64,000 nt of DNA from Squalus acanthias (Eukaryota). Shown one piece after another: positions 41,459-53,301 of this stretch. Under the pieces are notes generated by a model that was not told the DNA's origin, did no database searches, and saw nothing but the letters and a program-made list of their open reading frames with translations. Position 1 is the stretch's first letter; every line of letters begins with the position of its first letter. The stretch is from contig CM059432.1 in assembly GCA_030390025.1 (NCBI GenBank), positions 82,648,001-82,712,000 on the forward strand. The letters are read 5' to 3'. Made by a program: the position numbers and the translations under genes.

Positions 41459-42643
41459 TCATTACAGCCTTGGTCCAAACATGGATAAAGGAGCTGAATT
41501 CCAGAAGTGAGGTAAGAGTGATTGCCCCTAACAACATTTGACAGAGTGTGGCATCAAGGAGCCCTAGTAAGACTGAAATCAATGGGAATCGGGGGGAAAA
41601 CTCTCCACTGGCTGGAGTCATACCTAGCACAAAGGAAGATGGTTGTGGTGGTTGAAGGTCAATCATTACAGCCCCAGGACATCGCGGCAGGAGTTCCTCA
41701 GGGCAGTGTCGTAAGACCAACCATCTTCAGCTGCTTCATCAATGACCCTCCCTCCAACATAAGGTCAGAAATGGGGATGTTCGCTGATGACTGCACAGTG
41801 TTCAGTGCCATTCACAACTCCTCAGATAATGAAGCAGTCCATGCCCGCATGCAACAAGACCTGGACGACGTTCAAGCTTGGGCTGATAAGTGGCAGGTAA
41901 CATTCGCGCCACACAAGTGCCAGGCAATGACTATCTCCAACAAGCGAGAGTCTAACCACCGCCCCTTGACATTCAATGGCATTACCATCGCCGAATCCCC
42001 CACCATCAACATCCTGGGGATCACCATTGACCAGAAACTTAACTGGACCAGCCACATACATACTGTGGCAACAAGAGCAGGTCAGAGGCTAGGTATTCTG
42101 CGGCGAGTGTCTCACCTCCTGACTCTCGAAAGCCTTTCTACCATCTACAAGGCACAAGTAAGGAGTGTGATGGAATACACTCCACTTGCCTGGATGAGTG
42201 CAGCTCCAACAACACTCAAGAAGCTCAACACCATCCAGGACAAAGCAGCCCGCTGGATTGGCACCCCATCCACCACCTTAAACATTCACTCCCTCCACCA
42301 CCGGCGCAACGTGGCTGCAGTGTGTACCATCTACAAGATGCACTGCAGCAACACACCAATGTTTCTTCGGCAGCACCTCCCAAACCCGCGACCTCTTCCA
42401 CCTAGAAGGACAAGGGCAGCAGTCGCATGGGAACACCACCACCTCCAAGTTCCCCTCCAAGTCACAATCCCTCCTGACTTTGAAATATATCGCCGTTCCT
42501 TCATCGTCGCTGGGTCAAAATCCTGGAACTCCCTCCCTAACAGCACTGTGGGAGTACCTTCACCACGCGGACTGCAGCGGTTCAAGAAGGCGGCTCACCA
42601 CCACCTACTCAAGGGCAACTAGGGATGAACAAATAAAAAAAAG
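41459..42643 (+). mobile_element. 5'-truncated copy of the tRNA-headed CR1-group LINE family ('family B')
   Basis: ORF 41522-42622 has GVPQGS, FADD and WADKWQVTF. High identity to 46630-47715. Ends in an A-rich tail. Confidence 0.9.
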
Positions 42644-43046
42644 TGCTGGACCCTAGGAAGTGGCAGTAACAGCCTTGAGGCCCCTTGTAGGCCTTGATCT
42701 CTACCAACCTCTACTGAGCTTCCGATCATCCAATCTTTGGGGCGTCTCTGCCCTTTAATTATCTGGCCGCCTCTTTTGGTGCTGCAGCACCGTGGAGGTT
42801 TTCTGGGAGGGAAATGTCAAGTTCATTCTTGGCAGTGGCATTCCTTCCGGAAGCCCACCGTGCGTTTGTGATGAAACTGGGTCAAGGTTATGCCGGTTGT
42901 GTCAGAGGGGCGAATGGAAGTTCCACCCTGCCGGAACACTGCTGCTGGATGGAGAATCCCGGCTCGAGTGTCAGCAGAATGATGAATCACGACAGTTGAG
43001 CTGCAAAGGGCGTGCACAACTGGGAACATTTTACTGATCATATACT

Positions 43047-46000
43047 GGGAACAGTAGCATGGTGGTTATGTTACTGGACTAGTAACCCAGAGGCCTGGGC
43101 TAATAGATCCATGAGTTCAAATCCCACCAGCAGCTTCAGTTAATTAAATAAATCTGGAATAAAAAGCTAGCATGGTAACCATGAAACTACCGGATTGTCA
43201 TAAAAACCCATCTGGTTCACGAATGCCCTTTAGAGAAGAAAATCTGCCGTCCTTACTTGGTCTGGCCTATATGTGACTCCAGACCCACAGCAATGTGGTT
43301 GACTCTGAAATTGCCTAGCAAGTCACTCAGTTATACACAACTGCTACAAAAAACAATAATAAGAATAAAAAAGGATGGACCACCCATCATCGACCTCGGC
43401 ACTGGCTTCGTAACACGACAAAGGCACATCCAGCCCAGTCGACCCGGCAAAGTCCCCCTCACTAACAATTTTGGCACAAGTCCCCAGATGTTAGTGAGGG
43501 GGACTTATGCCAAAATTGGGAGAGCTGTCCCACAGACTGGTCAAGCAAAAGCCTGACATAGTCATACTCACAGAATCAGATGTTTCAGCCAATGTCCCAA
43601 ACTCCTCCATCACCATCCCTGGGTATGTCCTGTCCCACTGGCAGGACAGACCCACCAGAGGTGGCGGCACTGTGGTATACAATCAGCAGGGAGTGGCCCT
43701 AGGAGTCCTCAACATTGGCTCCGGACCCCATGAAGTCTCATGGCTTCAAGTAAAGCATGGGCAAGGAAACCCCCTGCTGATTACCACCTACCGCCCTCCC
43801 TCAGCTGATGAATCAGTACTCCTCCATGTTGAACACCACTTGGAAGAAGCACTGAGGGTAGCAAGGGCACAGAATGTAATCTGGGTGAGGGACTTCAATG
43901 CCCATCACCAAGAGTGGCTCGGTAGCACCACTACTGACCGAGCTGGCCGAGTCCTGAAGGACATAGCTGCCAGTCTGGGCCTGCGACAGGTGGTGTGAGA
44001 ACCAACACGAGAGAAAAACCTACTTGATCTCGTCCTCACCAATCTACTTGTCGCAGATGCATCTGTCCATGACAGCATTGATAGCAGTGATCACTGCACA
44101 GTCATTGTGGGGACAAAGACCCGTCTTCACACTGAGGACACCCTCCATCGTGTTGTGTGGCACTACCACCGTGCTAAATGGGATAGATTCAGAACAGATC
44201 TAGCAGCTCAAAACTGGGCATCCATGAGGTGCTGTGGGCCATCAGCAGCAGCAGAATTGTATTCCACCACAATCTGTAACCTCATGACCCAAAATATCTC
44301 TCACTCTACCATTACCATCAAGCCAGGGGACCAACCCTGGTTCAATAAGGAGTGTAGAAGGAGCAGCACCAGACATACCTAAAAATGACATGCCAACCTG
44401 AGGAAGCTGCAACACAGGACTATATGCATGCTACACAGCGGAAGCAGCATGCTGTAAACAGGGCTAAGCGATCCCACAATCAACGGATCAGATCAAAGCT
44501 CTGCAGTCCTGCCACATCCAGTCGTGAATGTTGGTGGGCAATTAAACAACTAACGGGAGGAGGAGGCTCCATGAATATCCCCATCCTCAATGATAACAGA
44601 GCCCAGCACGCGAGTGCAAAAGACAAGGCATTTGCAGCCATCTTCAGCCAGAAGTGCCGAGTGGATGATCCATATTGGCCTCCTCCTGAGGTCCACACCA
44701 TCACATAAGCCAGCCTTCAGCCAATTCAATTCACTCCACATGATATCAAGAAACAGCTAAGCGCACTGGATACAGCAAAGTCTATGGGCCCCGACAACAT
44801 AAGAACATAAGAACATAAGAAATAGGAGCAGGAATAGGCCACTTGTTCCCTCGAGCCTGCTCCGCCATTCAATAAGATCATGGCTGATCTTGGGCTCAAA
44901 GCCACTTCCCCGCCCACTCCCCATAACCCTTCACTCCCTTATCTTGCAAAAATCTGTCTATCTCCACCTTAAATGTATTTAATGACCCAGCCTCCACAGC
45001 TCTCTGGGGCAGAGAATTCCACAGATTTACGACCCTCTGAGAGAAGAAATTCCTCCTCATCTCAGTTCTAAAAGGGCGACCCTTTATTCTAAAACTGTGC
45101 CCCTGCGTTCTAGATTTCCCCATGAGGGGAAACATCCTCTCTGCATCTACCCTGTCGAGCCCCCTCAGTATCTTATATGTTTCAATAAGATCACCTCTCA
45201 TTCTTCTAAATTCCAATGAGTATAGGCCCAGCCTGCTCAACCTTTCCTCATAAGTCAACCCCCTCCTCTCTGGAATTAACCTAGTGAATCATCTCAGAAC
45301 TGCCTCCAATGCAAGTATATCCTTCCTTAAATAAGGAGACCAAAACTGTACACAGTACTCAAGGTGTGGTCTCATCAATACCCTGTACAGTTGTAGCAGG
45401 ACTTCCCTGCTTTTATACTCTAACCCCTTTGAAATAAAGGCCAACATTCCATTTGCCTTTTTGATTACTTGCTGTACCTGCGTGCTAACTTTTTGTGTTT
45501 CATGCACAAGGACCCCCAGGTCCCTCTGAACTGTAGCATTTTGTAATCTCTCTCCATTTAAATAATAATTTGCTTTTTTATTTTTCCTGCCAAAGTGTAT
45601 AACCTCGCACTTTCCCACATTATACTCCATCTGCCAAATGTTTGCCCACTCACTTAACCTGTCTATATCCCTTTTCAGGTTCTTTGAGTCCTCTGCACAA
45701 CTTGCTTTCCCACCCATCTTTGTATCATCCGCAAACTTGGCTACATTACACTCGGTCCCTTCATCCAAGTCATTAATGTAGATTGTAAATAGTTGAGGCC
45801 CCAGCGATCCCTGTGGCACCCCACTGGTTACCGTTTGCCAACCAGAAAATGACCCATTTATCGCGACGCTCTGCTTTCTGTTAGTTAGCCAATTCTCTAT
45901 CCATGCTAATATATTACCCCCAATTCCGTGAGCTCTTATTTTATGCAGTAACCTTTTACGTGGCACCTTATCGAATGCCTTCTGGAAATCCAAATACACC

Positions 46001-47776
46001 ACATCCACTGGTTCACCTTTGTCCACCCTGCTCGTTACCTCCTCAAAGAACTCCAGCAAGTTTGTTAAACATGATTTCCCTTTCATAAAACCATGCTGAC
46101 TCTGCTTGACTGCATTATGATTTTCCAAATGCCCTGCTAATGCTTCCTTAATGAAGGACTCCAGCATTTTCCCAACGACAGATGTTAGGCTAACTGGTCT
46201 ATAGTTTCCTGCTTTCTGTCTCCCTCCTTTCTTAAATAGGGGTGTTACATTTGCGGTTTTCCAATCCGCTGGGACCTCTCCAGAGTCCAGGGAATTTTGG
46301 TATATTGCAACCAATGCATCCACTATCTCTGCAGCCCGGCTGTCGTGCTGAAGACTTGTGCTAGAGAACTAGCCGCGCCTCTAGCCAAGCTGTTCCAGTA
46401 CAGCTACAACACTGGCATCTACCCGAGAATGTGGAAAATGGCCCAGGTATGTCCTGTCCACAAAAAGCAGGACAAATCCAATCCGGCCAATTACCGCCCC
46501 ATCAGTCTACTCTCAATCATCAGCAAAGTGATGGAAGGTGTCATCGACAGTGCTATCAAGTGGCACTTACTCACCAATAACCTGCTCACCGAGGCGCAGT
46601 TTGGGTTCCGCTCAGACCACTGGGCTCCAAACCTCGTTACAGCCTTGGTCCAAACATGGACAAAGGAGCTGAATTCGAGAGGTGAGGTGAGAGTGACTGC
46701 CCTTGACATCAAGGCAGCATTTGTCCGAGTGTGGCATCAAGGAGCCCTAGTAAAGCTGAAGTCAATGGGAATCAGGGGGAAAACTCTCCACTGGCTGGAG
46801 TCATACCTAGCACAAAGGAAGATGGTTGTAGTTGTTGGAGGTCAATCATCTCAGCCCCAGGACATCGCTGCAGGAGTTCCTCAAGGCAGTGTCCTAGGCC
46901 CAACCATCTTCAGCTGCTTCATCAATGACCTTCCCTCCATCATAAGGTCAGAAGTGGGGATGTTCACTGATGGTTGCACAGTGTTCAGTTTCATTCATAA
47001 CTCTTCAGATAATGAAGCATTCCATGCCCGAATACAGCAAGACTTGGATGACATTCAGGCTTGGGCTGATAAGTGGCAAGTAACATTCGTGCCACACAAG
47101 TGCCAAGCAATGACTATCTCCAACAAGAGAGAGTATAACCACCTCCCCTTGACATTCAACAGCATTACCATCGCCAAATCCCCCACCATCAACATCCTGG
47201 GAGTCACCATTGACCAGAAACTTAACTGGACCAGCCACATAAATACTGTGGCAACAAGAGCAGGTCAGAGGCTGGGTACTCTGCGGCAAGTGTCTCACCT
47301 CCTGACTCCCCAAAGCCTTTCCATCATCTACAAGGCACAAGTCAGGAGAGTGATAGAATACTCTCCACTTGCATGGATTCGTGCAGCTCTAACAACACTC
47401 AAGAAGCCTGACATCCAGGACAAAGCAGTGCGCTTGATTAGCACCTCATCCACCACCTTAAACATTCACTCCCTCCACCACCAGCCACCGACAAGGGCAG
47501 CAGGCGCATGGGAACACCACCACCTCCTAGTTCCCCTCCAAGTCACACGCCATCCTGACTTGGAAGTATATCGCCGATCCTTCATCGTCGCAGGCTCAAA
47601 ATCCTGGAACTCCCTGCCTAACAGCACTGTGGGATTACCTTCACCACAAGGACAGCAGCGGTTCAAGAAGGCGGCTCACCACCACCTTATGAAGGGCAAT
47701 TAGCAATGGGCAATAAATGCTGGCTTTGCCAGCGACGCCCACATCCCATGAACGAATAAAAATAAATAAATAAATA
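43047..47776 (+). mobile_element. Near full-length single-ORF LINE (family B) with tRNA-like 5' head, interrupted by a CR1 insertion
   Basis: A box TAGCATGGTGG (43055-43065) and B box GAGTTCAAATCCC (43113-43125). APE motifs from ~43507 (PDIVILTE, GGGT, YRPP, DFNAHH, LDLVLTN, SDH). RT at 46335-47703 (NYRPISLL, QFGFR, GVPQGSVLGP). 3' UTR and (AAAT)n tail. Confidence 0.88.
44796..46336 (-). mobile_element. 5'-truncated CR1 LINE inserted antisense into the family-B LINE
   Basis: ORFs 45289-46323 and 44896-45258 (FADD, DFQKAFDKVP). Tail appears as (AAGAACAT)n on +. The host frame GPDNI|PAVVLK is split at the insertion. Confidence 0.95.
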
Positions 47777-47854
47777 ATCACCTATGGTCAATGAAGTAAC
47801 TTTTGGTATTCCAGTAGTGAAGACTGTCTCTCCTCTATTTCCAGCTGCACAAAA

Positions 47855-48295
47855 TCATAAGATAGGTATGGGTGAGTTAGGCCATTCAACCCTTCTTAGA
47901 TTATTCATACAGAAAGACCCAACAGCCCACAACCACCCCCAACATCACCCCAATCACATTATCTAGCTATTTATTAAATGATTGAAGGTTTTTTCACTTC
48001 CAATGCCCTACCTGGAGGTCCATTCAGTGTCTTGCTAGTTGGAATCTATGCCTCTTGTCCATTTGCCAGAGTTCAATTGTAAGTAGTGAACCAGATTTAC
48101 CTTTTCTACGGCATTTACTATCCCACATTCACCTTAAATAACATCACCTGTCACCTCCTTTCAAACCCATGTTTCTGCAGTCTGCCCTCATATCGTAACA
48201 CTCTGATGGTAGAGATCAGTCTCAAGGTTCTTCTCAACACTAACTTCAAGGCTTGAATGTCTCCCTTGTGTCTCAGTCACCAGAACTGGCACGAA
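47855..48295 (-). mobile_element. Old degenerate CR1 3' fragment
   Basis: GGCCATTCAACCC, TCCAATGCCCTACCTGG and ACCAGAACTGGCAC resemble reverse-complemented CR1 ends. Confidence 0.45.
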
Positions 48296-48404
48296 CAGAC
48301 CATATCTGACACAATTTAGAATTGAGGCTTTCTAGGGAATTAATAGAAAAAAGGCGACCTTCAGTAAACATTTCCTTTGATCATTTAATCTATTTATATT
48401 TTAT

Positions 48405-48578
48405 GTTTTTTATTCATTTTATTTGTTCATGGGATGTGGGTGTCGCTGGCAAGGCCAGCATTTATTGCCCATTCCTAATTGCCCTTGAGAAGGTGGTGGT
48501 GAGCCGCCTTCTTGTTCGCTGCAGTCTGTGTGGTGAAGGTACTCTCACAGTGCTGTTAGGGAGGGAGTTCCAGGATTT
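48405..48578 (-). mobile_element. Family-B LINE 3' end fragment
   Basis: Matches the reverse complement of ~47597-47765 (GGGATGTGGGTGTCGCTGGCAAGGCCAGCATTTATTGCCC...GGAGTTCCAGGATTTT). Confidence 0.9.
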
Positions 48579-48919
48579 TGTGTTTGTATTAAAATACTGT
48601 CGAGATGAAATTCTAATTGTAGGAAGCAATCTATTTGCATTTACTGTTATACTGCTGGCGACATGAATTTGTTAGAACATGAATCATGCTCCTTTTCTTT
48701 AACAACGATAAGCATAGTTTGATAGCTCTTACTGCACCAACAGAGGAATTAACAAAAGAAGTCAAGCTCCATGATTACACACACTCTTCTTTAGGCAAAA
48801 ATGGCAGGGGCGGGGGGTGTGCAGAAATTCTTTCAAGTTTATATATCTGTCTATGTCTATTGTTCAGAGTTTCATTTGAATAATTTTGTTTTATTCCTTT
48901 TCACCTTGTGTATTTTCAG

Positions 48920-48990
48920 CTGCTACATCAAGGACAAAAAGGCATCAAAATATTTGATGTATACTTATTCCGATGAAGTAATTCAGCCAG
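48920..48990 (+). CDS. Putative host-gene exon C (CYIKDKKASKYLMYTYSDEVIQP)
   Basis: Strong acceptor CCTTTTCACCTTGTGTATTTTCAG and donor CAG|GTAATG. 71 nt, phase 2 in and phase 1 out. Only this frame is stop-free. Confidence 0.68.
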
Positions 48991-49299
48991 GTAATGAATT
49001 TTGTCAAAGATTCAAATTCATACATTTTCTATAAAACTGTATGCCAATTAAATTCCAAAAATATTTAGAGAGAGAATATCCAACTTGATGTACAACCAGA
49101 AAGCTGTAGATTCATCTTTCAAATTATCTTTTTTGGCACAACTCTTAATTTCTTTCATTTGTTTTATGCCAAGATTCCTATTGCTACCCTTGCACAAACA
49201 AAAAAGGGACATGGGCTTGAAAATGTTCTGTGCACACAAGGGTAATTATGAAGTTCTGCACTTTATTTCCCCTTACCAATTTTATCCGCTGTACTCCTC

Positions 49300-49570
49300 C
49301 CTAAAGGAATCAGCACAGTTCCACTGGCACCAGTCGCTCTCTGCTCCCTCACCCAAATGATCTTTGATGGTGAATATTTGTAAGCTATTAAACCACAAGG
49401 GGCACAACAGTCAAGTCTGACCCATCCTCACTTGGCATCCACACCTACACGTACTTCTAGCAGGAGTCATTGGATAGCGATGAGGACAGAGAAGCCTGGA
49501 TGATTGTCCCTTCCCTAATTCAACATAGACCAGGAATTGAGGCTGGGACCTTCCTGCTTTGTATGGGTCA
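49300..49570 (-). mobile_element. AmnSINE2-like SINE, degenerate
   Basis: CTCACCCAAATG...CATCCTCACTTGGCATCCACAC...CAGGAGTCATTGGATAGCGAT...CTGGGACCTTCCTG, matching the reverse complement of the family. Confidence 0.55.
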
Positions 49571-50809
49571 GCTACTGTTGAATTGTTTTTAACAGTTGCT
49601 GCCACATAAAGGGTGATAATGGCCAACAGGTGCAGCCAAATCTATTGTCCTGTCCTTTGCAGAACAGCTAGTCAGTCCGGCTGTAAGCTGGTCCTTAGAG
49701 AGCTGCAGCTTTCTTGTTACTTCTGGTGTTTAATTACAGACATATGCTCTTAGATACTGTACCTGTCAAATTTAGCAGGAATGGGTGATCTCTGATCCCA
49801 GGGTTCACATTGCCTTTGATTGACTGTCATTGTTAAAAGAATAACTAGGAACCTTGGACAATAATAATGCATTCATTTATTTTTTAATTATTTTAGACCG
49901 AATTAAAAAAGAGGATATATGATAAATGAATCCTGTGTATACAAAATAAAGCAATCTACAGATTTACTGTTAGTGTTAATTATTAGATAAACAAATCTAT
50001 CAAACTGCGGCATCTGTAAAGATAAACTCTTGCATAAACTCTTGAATAAAAATTAATCTGATATTCAGAGGCACATATCAAATTTCTTTCTCTACTCTTT
50101 TAATAAAGGGGTTACACAAAATTAGTGCCCGATTATAATAAGGAACAATTTGGTATGGGCACATTAAGCTTTCATTGATAACATCGCAAATTTCCACCCT
50201 ATACTGTAGTGATTATCAACAAATGTGGTTTCTCTTAGTTTCCAATAGTAAAATTAATCAGGAAGTGTCTGCTGTTCACTTGATAAAAAAAATCAACTAT
50301 TTAAAAGAATACCTGGATTATCCTACCTTCTGTCTACTTCTGTTTAAATATTTTTGCTAATGACACCTCGTGTACGCTGAGAGCTGGAGCTGTAGTCTGT
50401 CCTCAGCCTTCACATTAACCATCTGCTGGTTCACCAACCCGTCTATATGGAGGGGAACAAAATACATGATGCAGCTGCTCCTGCCCTCTCGTAACTGCCT
50501 TGTCATCCCATGCCCCAGTTATCCGTTATTTAACTAGAGCACTGGTTCCATTTCCAGTACATAATTTAAAAAAAATTACTGCCCAAATGCTATATATGTT
50601 TTTGAACTGTACATGTCTAAGTTTCCATATTCCAGTGGATAAATTATTGATCCATATCCGATCCATTTTCAAGTTCCTAAATCCAACTCCACATCATTAC
50701 CCACCTCCGCCTCAACCCAAGTCCCTCCATCACTGACGCCCTTACCCATGCTTTTGCCACCTCCAGATTGGATTTCTCGATTATCCTCTTCACTGGCTTT
50801 CTATCATGT

Positions 50810-50960
50810 AAGGTACACATGCTTTGTTTTCTATCTATATATGCTTTGGCGATTCTGTATCTAATTTACTTCACCTGAGGAAGGAGCAATCGATAGCTCC
50901 GAAAGCTTGTGATTTCAAATAAAACTGTTGGACTATAACCTGGTGTTGTGCGACCTCTCA
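50810..50960 (+). mobile_element. Penelope-like element terminal-repeat fragment inserted in L2
   Basis: Hammerhead motif followed by AATAAA and TGTTGGACTATAACCTGGTGTTG, an arrangement typical of PLE ends. Confidence 0.65.
50871..50912 (+). ncRNA. Minimal type-I hammerhead ribozyme motif (PLE-type)
   Basis: Stem I TCAC/GTGA, core CTGAGGA, stem II GGAGC/GCTCC, GAAA, and palindromic AAGCTT in place of stem III. Confidence 0.75.
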
Positions 50961-51529
50961 ATTTTTTCTATTATGTCCCCTCCTTAAACTCTTTTATTCT
51001 GTCCTACACTGTCGTGCTCACCGCCATCACATCTGTCTTTTCTGACCTAGGCTGGAGTCAGTCCCCTAAGGCAATACATTTAAAATCTGCGTCGTCTTTT
51101 TTGAAATACCTCCATTGTCTCACCCCACCCTAACCCCTCTCACCCCCCACTCCAATCTCCTTATATTTCTGCCTGCACCCTTCAGTCCTCCAATGGTCTC
51201 TTTCTGTGCATCCCCATCCCTTTGCCCTGTCATTGGTGACAGAACTTTCAGCCGCCTAGGGCAATCTCTCTGAAACTCCCCCACCAAACCCCTCAGCCTC
51301 TCCATTTCACTCACTACCTTTAAAAACCTTCTCAAAACCCACCTTTTTGACCAAGCTTTCAGTCACCCTTGCTAATGTCTCCCTTCATGGCTTGGTATCT
51401 CCTCTCTTATACATTCAAAAAAAATTCCCCTCCCCCTTCCCCCCGTACCCTGTAAAGCACTTTGTGATATTTTCTAGGTGAAAGGTTGTGGCTGTGCTTA
51501 TTTTTGTTAAGTTATTTGGGATTTTGTTC

Positions 51530-51750
51530 CCAATACTCTCCTATCCTCTCTGACTGGTGTGTGCTGCCGTGGATACTAGTAACCCACTGTACCTCACTCA
51601 AGTGGCCATTCTTTATGAGTGAGCTTAGACAGTGATTGTTGGCCTGCTACTTGACTGTGGATGGAGGCCGCGCAGCCAGACCCAATCCAGACCTCTGATG
51701 TCTTGACACAAGCACGATCCAGTGGGTTAGTTGAATAGCAATCAGTAGCT
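51530..51750 (-). mobile_element. AmnSINE2-like SINE
   Basis: GTACCTCACTCAAGTGGCCATTCTTTATGAGTGAGCTTAGACAGTG. Inverted relative to the adjacent copy. Confidence 0.6.
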
Positions 51751-51774
51751 CAACTTTGGGGATTCAGAGGTTTC

Positions 51775-52890
51775 CCCAATGGCCAAGAGGGTAAAGCCAT
51801 TATCCTGGTGTGGTGCAAAATTATTTAGACCAGGAGGTTCCAGATTCAGTTCCCAGTCTGGACTAAATTAGCTGATTTCAGCAGAGCAGTAGTTACGGCG
51901 CTATAATTAGTCTCAATGCCCCGGGCTAGGGAGAAGAAAATCTTCCAGTTCCCACTGCTGATTGCTATCTGCAAAAAGTGCATGTGTATGGATATTAGGT
52001 GAGGATCAGGCCTGGCTATTAACTCACCATCCAGGCTCACACATGAAGAATGGGCAGTTGGGCGAGGTACGAGAGTTGACGGTGCCTTAAGTCATTGCAA
52101 GAGTCATTGGGGGAAAAATTCCGTTGATTTGCGCCTCCCGGGGCGCAAAGCAGCTAGCGCCTGGGTGCGGTGCCGCTAACGCCTCCCGCGAAATTCAGCG
52201 GGAGGTTAGCGGCGGCAGTAACCATTAGCGCCCCGCAGCGCTGTGCCGCCAGCGATGACGTCATCGCCATGCGCAGTGCCCCGCTCGCGCCCAGGCTGCG
52301 ATCTTCAGTAGCGCCCCCTGACTTACCACCGGGCACTATGTTCGCCAGGGTCAGGGGGGCTTACCTGCGGCCGGGGCGGTGCAAATTAAAAGGACGGTGC
52401 CGGTCGGCCATTTTTGTTGCTGGCCACTGGCCAGCACCTGCCCACTTTGCCGTCCCTGGCCTTCTGTGCAGCCCCCCCGTGGAGTGCCGGCTGCGTTCCG
52501 TGAGACCGGCACTTCTCTTGAGTGCCGGGCTCTTTTGCCGGCACTCCGATCCCTGGTGGCCTAGCTGGGCCCCGGGTCGCGCTGCGCTAGGCCCCTCCCC
52601 TTTAATAAGGGGAGGAAGGTCTGCAGTACCGCGGCGCAACGTGCCGCAGAGCGTGGCGCTGCGGCACGTAGCGTCGCAATATTCACTCGCAGCGCCCCAA
52701 GAGGGAGGTGGGGCGCTTCCAGTGGTGCCCTGCCTCCCTCTTGGGGCGCTACTGGTGAATTTCGGGCACGGGGGCACTAACTTTCTTGGGGCACTAAAAG
52801 TAGCACCCCGGCGAAGTTAGCGCCCCAAAGGGGGCGTGACCCAATTTTTCCCCTGTTGATTTTAGAGAGAAGGGGAGGGAAGAAAATTAA
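51775..52890 (+). mobile_element. AmnSINE2-like SINE with a MITE inserted near its 3' end
   Basis: TTAGCTGATTTCAGC...GGGCTAGGGAG...CCAGGCTCACACATGAAGAATGGGCAGTTGGGCGAGGTAC. The tail GAGAGAAGGGGAGGGAAGAAAATT resumes after 52854. Confidence 0.6.
52109..52854 (-). mobile_element. GC-rich Harbinger-type MITE
   Basis: TIRs GGGGGAAAAATT and AATTTTTCCCCT, TAGCGCC subterminal motifs, TGACGTCA. Orientation is opposite to 57733-61955. Confidence 0.85.
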
Positions 52891-53301
52891 AAATAAAACA
52901 AAAGCATGGACATAGTTCAGGAAACAGGCTGACATTCAAGAGAACAACTTGGATACCAAGCTGGCTACAAAACAGAAAAGAGAGCATAGGTGGCAGCTAC
53001 TCAGACAGGCAAAAGGTAGAAGTGGTATGCCACATGAATCGGTGCTAGGACCACTGTTGTTCACAATTTACATAAACGATTTGGACTCGGGGATATGGAA
53101 GTACAATTTCAAAATTTGCGGATGACAGCAAATTGGGGGGGGTATAGGTAATACTGAGGAAGACTGTGACAAAATACAAGAAGACATTAATAAACTTGCA
53201 GAATGGGCGTGTAATTGGCAAATTAATTTCAATATAGTTAAGTGTGAGGTGGCGCATTTTGGTAGGAAGAATAACGAGGTCACATACTCCTTGGAAAATA
53301 G

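Larger units (their letters stand above)
50725..51490 (+). mobile_element. Degenerate L2 LINE 3' region
   Basis: CATGCTTTTGCCACCTCCAGATTGGAT (HAFxTSRLD), CTTCTCAAAACCCACCTTTTTGACCAAGCT, and tail GTAAAGCACTTTG...GTGAAAGG. Confidence 0.7.

Noticed and set aside
41207..42965. Possible old MITE surrounding the truncated family-B LINE
   Set aside because: Only degenerate terminal similarity (GGATTCTC...ATCC and GGATGGAGAATCC) and no TSD, which is too weak to list.
46297..46334. N-terminus of ORF 46297-47703 as a true start
   Set aside because: These codons come from the antisense CR1 insert. The real frame continues from before 44800.
52154..52820. ORFs of 216 and 138 aa
   Set aside because: Chance open frames in a GC-rich MITE with no recognisable motifs.
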